Source: Laetmonice hystrix (Eukaryota). Taken from it: a stretch of DNA of 64,000 nt. Position numbers and translations under genes: made by a program. Location of the stretch: the NCBI GenBank assembly GCA_965235115.1, contig OZ249436.1, positions 37,636,001 to 37,700,000 on the forward strand, read 5' to 3'. The notes below the pieces were generated by a model that had not been told where the DNA came from, ran no database searches, and saw only the letters and a list, made by a program, of their open reading frames with translations. Positions 1-12,405 of this stretch are shown here, one piece after another (the stretch's first letter is position 1; each line of letters begins with the position of its first letter).

Positions 1-428
1 CAGCGAATATAGGTCAAATCAATTGTAGCAAGGGGGATTCCTTTGGAACTCTCATTAGACACCATTCCTGTGCAATTTCATAAAATTTTAATGAAAATTA
101 AGGAAGAAGGAGGGATTTAAGCATTTTATGACCTTTGACCCAGATTTCAGACATGTCAAAGGTCAAAGGTCAAAATATTTGCAAAAACATTATTAGGCCC
201 TTGCCCAATTCTGACAGTGTCATCAGTTCCTGGAAAGTATCCATATTGACTTTGAAAACCGTCTTAATAGTCACAACACGAATAACGTCATGACGTCATG
301 ACGTTACGTCATGTGACGTCATGACTCATTGTCACATCAGAGTTGGTGACTGGCAATATGCCCACCAAGTTTGACTTAGATATCTTGAAAAATGACCGAG
401 TTATGACCCCTGTTAACAATTGTTAACA

Positions 429-469
<41 letters not shown>

Positions 470-3303
470 GCAAATAATAATAATAATAATACGGAAACCG
501 AAACCACACAATTTCTAGATCCCATCCCCTGGATAGGGGATGGGATAATAATAATAATAATAATAGGGAAGACGAAACCACACAATTTCTAGATCCCATC
601 CCCTGGATAGGGGATGGGATAATAACTAGTCATGTCGTGGCGAGACCACGATGGATCCCATCCCCGGGGTGACATGTCCTTTCTGATATTGAGTTTGAGT
701 AGAGTTACGTTCAAGGCAGACACTTCCCGACACATCTGTAATAGGCAGTGGTGTTTGGGAAGTGCCAGGTAAGGTGTCAAGTTATGACCCTGAGAGAATA
801 TTTATGACATCCTTATGACGTCATAGTAACTATGGCTGCATCTTCAACCATTTACAAGTTATAGCCCAGGGAATATATAGGTGTCCTCCTTATGATGTCA
901 TAGGTAACGTGACGTACAAAACAATGGTGCCAAATGAAAGACCATATATGACTTCCTATTCGTGTTCAATAGTAGCTATGCCCCTATCTGGCACCGTTTA
1001 CAAGTTATAGCCCTGGGAACATATTGGCGACCTTGCTATGACGTCATAGGTCTCGTGACTTAAAAATTATTGGTGCCTAATCAAAGGGCATGTATATATG
1101 ACTTCATATTAGGGTTTAGTAGTAACTATGGCTCAATCTTCAACCATTTACAAGTTATAGCCCTGAGAAAATGCCAGTGACATTCTCATGACGTCATAGA
1201 TCACGTGACCTGGAAAATGAAGGTGCATAATGAAAGAGCATACATGACTTCCTATTCGTGTGTAATAGTAACTATGGCTCTATCTTCAACGATTTACAAG
1301 TTATAGCCCTGGGAAAATATTGGCGACGTCGTTATGACGTCATAGGTCATGTGACCCACAAAATAGTGGTGCCAAATGAAAGACCATATATAACTTCCTA
1401 TTCGTGTTCAATAGTAACTATTGCCCTATCTGGCACTGTTTACAAGTTATAGGCTTGAGAATATATTGGCGACCTTGCTCTGACGTCATAGGTCACGTGA
1501 CCTGGAAAATGAAGGTGTATAATGAAAGGCTACATATGACTTCCTATTAGTGTTTCATAGTAACTATGGCTCTATCTTCAATCATTTACAAGTTATGGCC
1601 CTGGGAAAATATAGGTGACGTCGTTAAGACGTCATGGGTCACGTGACCTACAAAACAATGGTGCCAAATGAAATATCATATATGACTTCCTATTCGTGTT
1701 CAATAGTAACTATGGCCCTATCTGGCACAGTTTACAAGTTATAGCCCTGGGAAAATATTGGCGACCTTGCTGTGACGTCATAGGTCACGTGACTGAAAAA
1801 TTATGGGTGCATAATGAAAGAGCATGTATATATGACTTCATATTAGGGTTTACTGGTAACAATGGCTCAATCTTTAACCATTTAGAAGTTATAGTCCTTA
1901 GAAAATGCCGATGACATTCTTATGACGTCATAGGTCACGTGACCTGGAAAATGAAGGTGTATAATGAAAGGGTACATATGACTTCCTATTACTGTTTAAT
2001 AGTAACTATGGCTCTATCTTCAACCATTTACAAGTTATGGCCCAGGGTGTGACGTCGTTATGACGTCACAGGTCACGTGACTCGAAACATAATGGTCTCA
2101 AATGAAAGACCATATATGACTTCCTATTCGTGTTCAATAGTAACTATGGCCCTATCTGGCACCGTTTACAAGTTATGGCCCTGAGAATATATTGGCGACC
2201 TTGCTCCAATAAGTCACGTGACCTGGAAAATGAAGGTGTATAATGAAGGAGTATATATAACTTCCTATTAGTGTTTAATAGTAACTATGGCTCTATCTTG
2301 AACCATTTATAAGTTATGGCCCTGGAAAATATAGGTGACGTCGTTAAGACGTCATGGGTCACGTGACTTACAAAACAATGGTGCCAAATGAAAGACCATA
2401 TATGACTTCCTATTCGTGTTCAAGAGTAACTATGGCTCTATCTCGCACAGTTTACAAGTTATAGCCCTGAGAAAATGTCAATGACATCCTTATGACGTCA
2501 TAGGTCACGTGACCTGGAAAATGAAGGTGTATAATAAAAGAGCATATATGACTTCCTATTAGTGTTTAATAGTAACTATGGCTCTATCTTCAACCATTTT
2601 CAAGTTATGGCCCTCGGAAAATATAGATGACGTCATTATGACGTCATAGGTCACGTGACCCAAAAAATAATGGTGTCAAATGAAAGACCATATATGACTT
2701 TCTATTCGTGTTCAATAGTAACTATGGCCCTATCTGGCACCGTTTACAAGTTATAGCTCTGAGAACATATTGGCGACCTTGCTCTGATGTCATAGGTCAC
2801 GTGACCTGGAAAATGAAGGTGTATAATGAAGGAGTATATATGACTTCCTATTAGTGTTTAATAGTAACTATGGCTCTATCTGCAACCATTTACAAGTTAT
2901 GGCCCTGGAAAATATAGGTGACGTCGTTAAGACATCATGGGTCACGTGACTTATAAAACAATGGTGCCAAATGAAAGACCATATATGACTTCCTATTCGT
3001 GTTCAAGAGTAACTATGGCTCTATCTGGCACAGTTTACAAGTTATAGCCCTGAGAAAATGTCAATGACATCCTTATGATGTCATAGGTCACGTGACCTGG
3101 AAAATGAAGGTGTATAATGAAAGAGCATATATTACTTCCTATTAGTGTTTAATAGTAACTATGGCTCTATCTCCAACCATTTACAAGTTATGGCCCTGGG
3201 AAAATATAGATGACGTCGTTATGACGTCATAGGTCACGTGACCCAAAAATAATGGTGTCAAATAAAAGACCATATATGAGTTCCTATTCGTGTTCAATAG
3301 TAA

Positions 3304-4695
3304 CTAGATACGTTGTGGAGTACCACAATGGATCCCATCCCCGGGGTGTCCCATGTAACATGTTCTGAATAGGGATAACTATGGTACTATCTTGCACCCG
3401 TGACGACTTATGAGCCTTAGAAGATGGAAGTTACGTCATTATGACCTTATGCTACGTCATAAATATTGATCTCAATGGACTTCCTATTCATGTTCAAAAA
3501 TAACTATAGGTGTATCTAGCACCGTTTACTAGTTACAGGCTTCTACCAATCCTTAGAAGGGCTCAGTTACGTCATAAGGATGTAATAGATCACACAACAG
3601 AATAAATCTTGGTGTCAATTGAAAGAACATAATGAGGACTTCCTGTTTATAAATATTCAATACTAGCTATGGGTCTAACTCCTACCATTTACAAGTTAAA
3701 ACCCTGAGAAAATATCGATGACATCTTTATGTCATGGGTCACGTGACCTAAGAAATAATGATGCCAAACGAAAGAGTATACATGACTTCCTATTCGTGTT
3801 CAATAGTAACTATGGGTCTAACTTCAAGCATTAACAAGTTATATCCCTTAGAAAATATCGATGACATCTTTACGACGTCACAGGTCACGTGACCTTAAGG
3901 ATGACGATACCAAGTGATAGCAAGTTATAGCCCTCACAAAATATAGGTTCACTGGCTGTGGTAATCAGTACCAGTTCAATCCAGTATTAGCTTGTCAGAT
4001 GGCGTAGCACTGGCGATAAGTGTCTTGACTCACATGCTATGGGTCGCCGGTTCAATCCCAGGCCGAGTCACCTATTTTTTTTGGACTTCTACCGGAAGGG
4101 TCCCGCGTTCAATCCCAGGCCGAGTCACGTTTCTTTTTGTTTTTGTTTTTTCCCTCTAATTTTTAAAAATGGTCACGTGACCTGAAAAAAAAAATATCAT
4201 AAAAGAGCATAATGACTTCTTATCTGTGTTTAATAGTAACCAATGCCAAATCTGGCACCGTTTACAAGTTCTAGAAAATTGACAATTTTTCGAAATTTCA
4301 AAGTCACGTGATTCAGCGAATATTAGTCAAATCGCTTATCTTTTGATGATTTGAGACAAGCTCATGTTAGAGAGTCCTTCTGCCTAATTTTGTCGAATTT
4401 CACCAAAAAATGAAGAAGGAGTAGCGATTTAAGAGATTTGTGACTGAGGACCCAGTTCTCCCAAAGTTCAAGGTCAAATGACAAATGAAGGGTCCATGTT
4501 AGACTAGACCCTTGCCTGATTAAAACGCCATTATGGGGTTTGGAAATTCCCAATATGAACGTCATGACGTGACGTCATACGTCACGTCACGTGATATGTC
4601 ACAACTCATTGTCTGACCAGTCCTTGTCATGGTCAAGATGTGTGCCAAATTTGATTGAGATATCTTGAAAACTGACTGAGATGGACGCCACTGTT

Positions 4696-4737
<42 letters not shown>

Positions 4738-4810
4738 GACGCAAAGAATAATAATAGGGAAGACGAAACCGTACAATCTGAAGATCCCATCCCCCTGTAG
4801 GGGATGGGAT
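3304..4810 (-). mobile_element. HINE family D, complete copy inserted at an AA/TT site inside a subrepeat of A1
   Basis: Host sequence aatagta|actatggccc is split. The insert begins ctagatacg-TTGTGG agta CCACAA-tgg-ATCCCATCCCC and ends ATCCCATCCCC-ctgta-GGGGATGGGAT. No TSD. Confidence 0.8.
3995..4082 (+). other. tRNA-derived (SINE-head-like) Pol III promoter segment carried inside element D
   Basis: A-box-like TGGCGTAGCACTGG (4000-4013), B-box GGTTCAATCCC (4049-4059), T-run at 4075-4082, and a second B-box copy at ~4107. No clean cloverleaf. Confidence 0.5.
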
Positions 4811-6955
4811 AACTATGGCCCTATCTGGCACCGTTTACAAGTTATAGACCTGAGAACACATTGGCGACCTTGCTATGACGTCATAGGTCACGTGACTGGA
4901 AAGTTATGGGTGCATAATGAAAGATCATGTATATATGACTTCATATTAGGGTTTACTAGTAACTATGGCTCAATCTTTAACCATTTACAAGTTATAGTCC
5001 TTAGAAAATTCCAATGACATTCGTATGACGTCATAGGTCACGTGACCTGGAAAATGAAGGTGTATAATGAAAGGGTACATATGACTTCCTATTACTGTTT
5101 AATAGTAACTATGGCTCTATGTTTAACCATTTACAAGTTATGGCCCAGGGCAAATATAGGTGACGTCGTTATGACGTCACAGGTCACGTGACTCGAAAAA
5201 TAATGGTCTCAAATGAAAGACCATATATGACTTCCTATTCGTGTTCAATAGTAACTATGGCCCTATCTGGCACCGTTTACAAGTTATGGCCCTGAGAATA
5301 TATTGGCGACCTTGCTCCAATAAGTCACGTGACCTGGAAAATGAAGGTGTATAATGAAGGAGTATATATGACTTCCTATTAGTGTTTAATAGTAACTATG
5401 GCTCTATCTGCAATCATTTACAAGTTATGGCCCTGGAAAATATAGGTGACGTCGTTAAGACATCATGGGTCACGTGACTTATAAAACAATGGTGCCAAAT
5501 GAAAGACCATATATGACTTCCTATTCGTGTTCAAGAGTAACTATGGCTCTATCTGGCACAGTTTACAAGTTATAGCCCTGAGAAAATGTCAATGACATCC
5601 TTATGACGTCATAGGTCACGTGACCTGGAAAATGAAGGTGTATAATGAAAGAGCATATATGACTTCCTATTAGTGTTTAATAGTAACTATGGCTCTATCT
5701 CCAACCATTTACAAGTTATGGCCCTGGGAAAATATAGATGACGTCGTTATGACGTCATAGGTCACGTGACCCAAAAAATAATGGTGTCAAATGAAAGACC
5801 ATATATGAGTTCCTATTCGTGTTCAATAGTAACTATGGCCCTATGTGGCACCGTTTACAAGTTATAGACCTGAGAACACATTGGCGACATTGCTCTGACG
5901 TCATAGGTCACGTGACCTGGAAAATGAAGGTGTATAATGAAAGAGCATATATGACTTCCTATTAGTGTTTAATAGTAACTATGGCTCTATCTCCAACCAT
6001 TTACAAGTTATGGCCCTGGGAAAATATAGATGACGTCGTTATGACGTCATAGGTCACGTGACCCAAAAAATAATGGTGTCAAATGAAAGACCATATATGA
6101 GTTCCTATTCGTGTTCAATAGTAACTATGGCCCTATGTGGCACCGTTTACAAGTTATAGACCTGAGAACACATTGGCGACATTGCTCTGACGTCATAGGT
6201 CACGTGACCTGGAAAATGAAGGTGTATAATGAATGAGTATATATGACTTCCTATTAGTGTTTAATAGTAACTATGGCTCTATCTTCAACCATTTACAAGT
6301 TATGCCCTGGGAAAATATAGGTGACGTCGTTATGACGTCATAGGTCACATGACCTACAAAATAATGGTGTCAAATGAAAGACCATATATGACTTCCTACT
6401 CATGTTCAATAGTAACTATGGCCCTATCTGGCACCGTTTACAAGTTATACCCATAAACATCTAAACTGGCCGCTGTTGAAAACTTTAAGGTCACGTGGTT
6501 CAGTAAATATAGGTCAAATCGCTAATCCCTCTTTGTATGTGTTGAAGCTTTCGATGTAGAGGGGCACTGCCACATATTGTCAAATTTTTCCCATAAATGG
6601 AGAAGGGGTAGCGATTCAACCCGATTCTGACCCAGTAGCCAGTTCTCCTTAAGGTCAAAGGTCAAAGGTCAAATGAAGGGTCGACTTGAGACAGGACCCT
6701 TGCCTGATTAAAACGACATGATGGGTTTTGAAATTTTCGAATATGACTTTTAAAAAAATTGCCCCAATGTGCAAGACACGTTTGACGTCATGACGTCATG
6801 ACGTGACGTGACGTGACGTGATGATTGATTGTGTGACCTGACTTTGTCATGGTCAAGATCTGAGCCAAGTTTGATTGAGATATCTTGAAAAATGACTGAG
6901 ATAGAACGACATGTCTTAACTACTACTACTACTACAACTACAACGCAAAGAATAA

Positions 6956-8564
6956 CTAGTCATGTCGTGGCGAGACCACGATGGATCCCATCCCCGGGGT
7001 GACATGTCCTTTCTGATATTGAGTTTGAGTAGTAACGTTCAAGGCAGACACTTCCCGACACATCTGTAATAGGCAGTGGTGTTTGGGAAGTGCCAGGTAA
7101 GGTGTCAAGTTATGACCCTGAGAGAATATTTATGACATCCTTATGACGTCATAGTAACTATGGCTGCATCTTCAACCATTTAAAAGTTATAGCCCAGGGA
7201 ATATATAGATGACCTCCTTATGACGTCATAGGTCACGTGACGCACAAAACAATGGTGCCAAATGAAATATCATATACGACTTCCTATTCGTGATCAATAG
7301 TAACTATGGCCCTATCTGGCACAGTTTACAAGTTATAGCCCTGGGAAAATATTGGCGACCTTGCTATGACGTCATAGGTCACGTGACTCGAAAAATAATG
7401 GTCTCAAAGGAAAGACCATATAAGACTTCCTATTCTTCTTCAATAGTAACTATGGCCCTATCTGGCACCGTTTACAAGTTATGGCCCTGAGAATCCTTGC
7501 TCCAATAAGTCACGTGACCTGGAAAATGAAGGTGTATAATGAATGAGTATATATGACTTCCTATTAGTGTTTAATAGTAACTATGGCTCTATCTCCAACC
7601 ATTTACAAGTTATGGCCCTGGGAAAATATAGGTGACGTTTATGACGTCATAGGTCACGTGACCCCCAAAATAATGGTGTCAAATGAAAGACCATATATGA
7701 CTTCCTATTCGTGTTCAAGAGCAACTATGGCTCTATCTGGCACCGTTTACAAGTTAAAGCCCTGAGAAAATGTCAATGACATCCTTATGACGTCATAGGT
7801 CACGTGACCTGGAAAATGAAGGTGTATAATGAAAGATCATATATGACTTCCTATTAGTGTTTAATAGTAACTATGGCTCTATCTTCAACCATTTACAAGT
7901 TATGGCCCTAGGAAAATATAGGTGACGTGGCTATGACGTCATAGGTCACGTGACCTCCAAAATAATGGTGTCAAATGAAAGACCATATATGACTTCCTAT
8001 TCATGTTCAATAGTAACTATGGCCCTGTCTGGCACCATTTAGAAGTTATACCCATAAATATCTAAACTGACCACTGTTGAAAACTTTAAGGTCACGTGGT
8101 TCAGTAAATATAGGTCAAATCGCTAATCCCTCTTTGTATGTTTTGAACCTTTCGATGTAGAGGGGTACTGCCAGATATTGTCAAATTTTTCCCAGAAATG
8201 GGGAAGGGGTAGCGATTTAACCCGATTCTGACCCAGTAGCCAGTTCTCCTTAAGGTTAAAGGTCAAAGGTCAAATGAAGGGTCAACTTGAGACAGGAACC
8301 TTGCCTGATTAAAACGCCATGATGGGTTTTGAAAATTTCGAATATGACTTTTAAAAAAATTGCCCCAATGTGCAAGACACGTTTGACGTCATGACGTGAT
8401 GATGTGACGAGACGTGACGTCATGATTGATTGTGTGACCTGACTTTGTCATGGTCAAGATCTGAGCCAAATTTGATTGAGATATCTTGAAAAATGACTGA
8501 GATAGAACGAAATGTCTTACTACTACTACTACTACAACTACAACGCAAAGAATAATAATAATAA
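6956..8564 (-). mobile_element. HINE family A, copy A2 (terminus displaced)
   Basis: Same left end as A1. It stops in (aat)n where family B begins. Confidence 0.8.
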
Positions 8565-11500
8565 CTAGCCCGACTGATTGCTAAAGCAATACAGGGATCC
8601 CTTCCCATGACGAGGAACAATGAAGCAATAATAAAAATAATGATAACGAGGCAATAGGTGTTGCTAGGCAACATTTATGTACATGACGTGCACCTAGCCA
8701 TGACGTGTACAACTACGTGACGTGTACCTAGCCATGAAGTCTACCTAGCCAAAACCAGACATGGCGATTAGTATGGCTATAACAATGGCACAACAGGCAT
8801 TGGTGTATTATGACGTCATTATGACGTTATACGTCACACGACGTCATAAGTTTTGTTGGCAACTGAAAGAGCATCTATGAGTTCCTATTCGGGTTCAATA
8901 GTAACTATGATCGTATCTAGCATCGTTTAGGAGTTACAGGCCTCTGAAAATCCTTAGAAAATGGCAATGACGTCATTATGACGTCATACGTGATGATAGG
9001 TCAAAAAGGTTGGTGGCATTCGAAAGAGCATATATGACTTCCTATTCATGTTCAATAGTAACCATGGCTCTATCTTACACCGTTTTGACAGAGTTACCGC
9101 CATTTGTTTCTCAAAAATGGCTATGACCCAATTTCGATGTCACATGGTATGCTGAAAATAGTGCACAGCCCTTAGTCTGATCCCGGGGATCTGGGAAACC
9201 CCATGGAGATTCCCTGGTATAAATTTGGGCTCGATTTGTCAAAAATTGTTGGAGTTGAGGCGAATTAGTAACATTTTGAGCTGTGACCTAGATTTCAAGA
9301 AGGTCAAAGGTCAGAAGTCAAATTGATGAATAAAATTATTCCCTCTCAAGTGGCAAGCTAAGTGCTATGAATGAATTTTCTCTGATCATGGGACTGGTAC
9401 AATGAGGCACAATGAGGTACTTCGCAAAACACCAAATTACGTCATGACGTCACGTCATATGACGTAAATCTTGGTGTCATTTGAAAGAGCATCTATGAGA
9501 TCCTATTCGTGTTCAATAGTACCTATGACCCTATCTAGCACAGTTTAAGAGTTATAGGCCTCTGAAAATGCCAATGACGTCATTATGACGTTATACGTCA
9601 CATGACGTCATAAATCCTGGTGTCAATTGAAAGAGCATATATGACTTCCTATTCGTGTTCAATAGTAACCATGGCTCTATCTTAAACGGTTTCAGAGTTA
9701 CAGCCATTTGTTTCTCAAAAATGGCTATGACCCAATTTCGATGTCACGTGGTATGCTAAAAATAGGGCACAACACCTAGTCTGATCCCGGGCCTCTGGGG
9801 AATCCTATGGAGATTCCCTGGTATCAATTTGGGCTCGATTTGTCAAAAATTGTGAGAGGAGTATCGAAATAGTCACATTTTGACCTGTAACCTAGATCTC
9901 AAGAAGGTCAAGGGTCAGAGGTCAAATTGATAAATAAAATGATTCCCCCTCGAGAGGCAAGCTGGGTGCTATGAATGAATTTTCTCTAACTGATCATGGG
10001 ACTGGTACAATGTGGTACAATGAGGTACTTGCCAAAGCATCAAATAACGTCATGACGTCAGGTCAATGACGTAAATGTTGGTGTCATTTGAAAGAGCATC
10101 TATGAGTTCCTATTCGTGTTTAATAGTAATTATGGTCCTATCTAGCACCGTTTACAGACCACTGAAAATCCTTAGAAAATGTGAATGTCACTATGACGTC
10201 ATAGTTTATACGTCACGATAGGTAAAAAGGTTGGTGTCAATTGAAAGAGTATCTAAGACTTACTATTCATGTTGAGTAGTAACCATGGCTCTATAATACC
10301 GTTTCAGAGTTACAGTCATTTGTTTCTCAAAAATGGCTATGACCCAAATTCAATGTCACATGCCATTTCTCTTGTTTTAAAGTTTAGCACCTGGTCGCAC
10401 CCCCCCCCCCCCCCCCCCCTTGGCAATATCCCGGGTCATGGGCTGCCACATATCGCCATGTGGGAGGAAGGGGGTCCCCGATAATACTAGTCCCAATATG
10501 GGGAAGGTAGGGGGTCCCTGATATTTAGCCGACATATTGATATGTGACCATCCCTGGCCCAGATATTCTCAATCCAATACAATACAATATGTTTATTCAC
10601 AACCTCGATGGAGGCAAAGGAACAGGGTCAGGGATTGTATCTTATAGTAGCACTGCTCACTCCATCTGCCACCGCCAGGGCCCGGCCCCCTAGCGTGAGG
10701 ACAGTGTATAGTCGAGACGTGCTGGTACCTGGTGTCAAACTTCGCCCCCCCCCCCCCACGGTTGATTGTGTGCTAACAAGATGGGTTTTTGATTTCTTAC
10801 TCTAGCCATTTCCTTAGCCAAAACGCAGCCATACTTTTTAAAACGTTACACACAAGAAGCTATAAATGTTTAATCTATACATCGACTTTCAAAGCAAAAG
10901 TCTACATTAAATATTTACAAAGACAGGCAGCAGTAGCAATTCAAAGCAGTAGCAGCAAGCAGAACGTACAAACTCCAAGGATCCTTGGTAGCTCTTCAGA
11001 AAAGTATATGCTTAATGTGCGACAGGTCTGGCGTTCGATTCCCCATCAAGTCATTTGCTGTTTTCGTTTTGATGTTGTTTTTCGACTGAATTTGAAAAAT
11101 ATTATGTTTCTCCCCTTTACAATTGCCAGTCACTCGGCTACAGATAATTTACAGCTATATTTCACGTTTAATGACGAAATATACAGCATATACACCACTC
11201 ACTCTCTGCAGTGTGGACTTACTATGGAGAACGCCATTGGATTTAACTGAGTTTTGTTAGTAAATAGCTTCGGTCTTCACATGGCGAGTTCCATTCCGAG
11301 ACTTGGAATCTTCTCTTCAAAGTTGCCTGACATTGAGCTAAATATCTACTTGAAGTACTCCCCATAGTTTTAGGCAGAAATATTAGATACTTATTAATAC
11401 AGAGGGCGATAGGCTCAGCGTCCACAGTCGGCCAATCACGCGGACACCGAGCGAGGCCCCGACATCTCTCACGAAACCAGGTTTCTAGGTCAATCGATCA

Positions 11501-12400
11501 GTGGTCAAATTGCCTGTCTCTCTTCACGACCTTCTCTTATATAATTGATCTCCGTATTGTTAATTATATATTTTGCCAATTGAAATTTATATTATCTTAA
11601 AGTAGACAGTTTAAAGTCCACACCGTGTAAATATTAAAACGCTGAGCTTATTGTCCTGTAGTTGAGACGTGTCCCAAATTAAGAAAGAGATGACGTTGTA
11701 GATGACGTTGTAGATGACGTCACAAGTCACGTGGCACAAAAAATATGGTACCTAATTAAAGTAGACATAAAACTTTCTAAGGTTCATTAAGAATTATGGC
11801 TCTGGCTCAAATCATGCAAGAGTTACAGCACAGAATCTTCGAAATGACCTAAGTCAAGCCCAAGTTCAAAACTTTCAGGTCACGTGGTTCAGCGAAAATA
11901 GGTCAAATCGCTTATCCACCGAGGAATCTGTTGGAGCTGTCCCTAGAGAGTGCCTCTGCGAAATATTGTCAAGATTTATCCAAAAATGGGGAAGAAGTAA
12001 TGATTTAACCGATTTACGAGCTAGGGACCAGGTCTCTCTAAGTTCAAAGGTCAAAGGTCAAATGAAGGGTCAGACTTATGCAGCACCCTTGCCCGACTAA
12101 AATGCCATGACGGATTTTCGAAATTCCCAAGATGAGGTTCAAAAATGAGCTTTAATGTACACAACACGTTTCACGTCATGACGTCATGACGTGACGTTAC
12201 GTGACGTCATGACGCACCATGAGATCAGAGTTTGTCATCGTGAAGACGTAGCCCAAGTTTCATTGAGATATCTTGAAAAATGACTGAGATATACGTATAG
12301 GTTTACGACTACTACGACTACTACTACTACTACAGGCATAAAAATAAGGAAGACGAAACCAGACAATTTCAAGATCCCTTCCCCTATCGGGGGAAGGGAT
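8565..12400 (-). mobile_element. HINE family B, complete copy B1, with ~1.4 kb of captured non-repeat sequence
   Basis: Left end ctagcccga-CTGATTGC taaa GCAAT acag-gg-ATCCCTTCCC; right end ATCCCTTCCCC-tatcg-GGGGAAGGGAT. Contains an internal ~600-bp duplication and diverged 146-type repeats. Confidence 0.8.
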
Positions 12401-12405
12401 AATAA

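Larger units (their letters stand above)
626..6955 (-). mobile_element. HINE family A, copy A1 (interrupted by copy D; own terminus displaced)
   Basis: Left end ctagtcatg-TCGTGG cgaga CCACGA-tgg-ATCCCATCCCC. It has an alternating 146-bp repeat array and ends in (cta)n/aataa directly at the next element, with no terminal hairpin module. Confidence 0.8.

Noticed and set aside
3995..4075. Functional tRNA gene
   Set aside because: The acceptor and anticodon stems do not pair convincingly, so it is reported only as a tRNA-derived segment.
10789..11250. 153-aa ORF duplicated at 14629-15090
   Set aside because: Non-ATG start and no recognisable motif. Its duplication only reflects the B1/B2 tandem copy.
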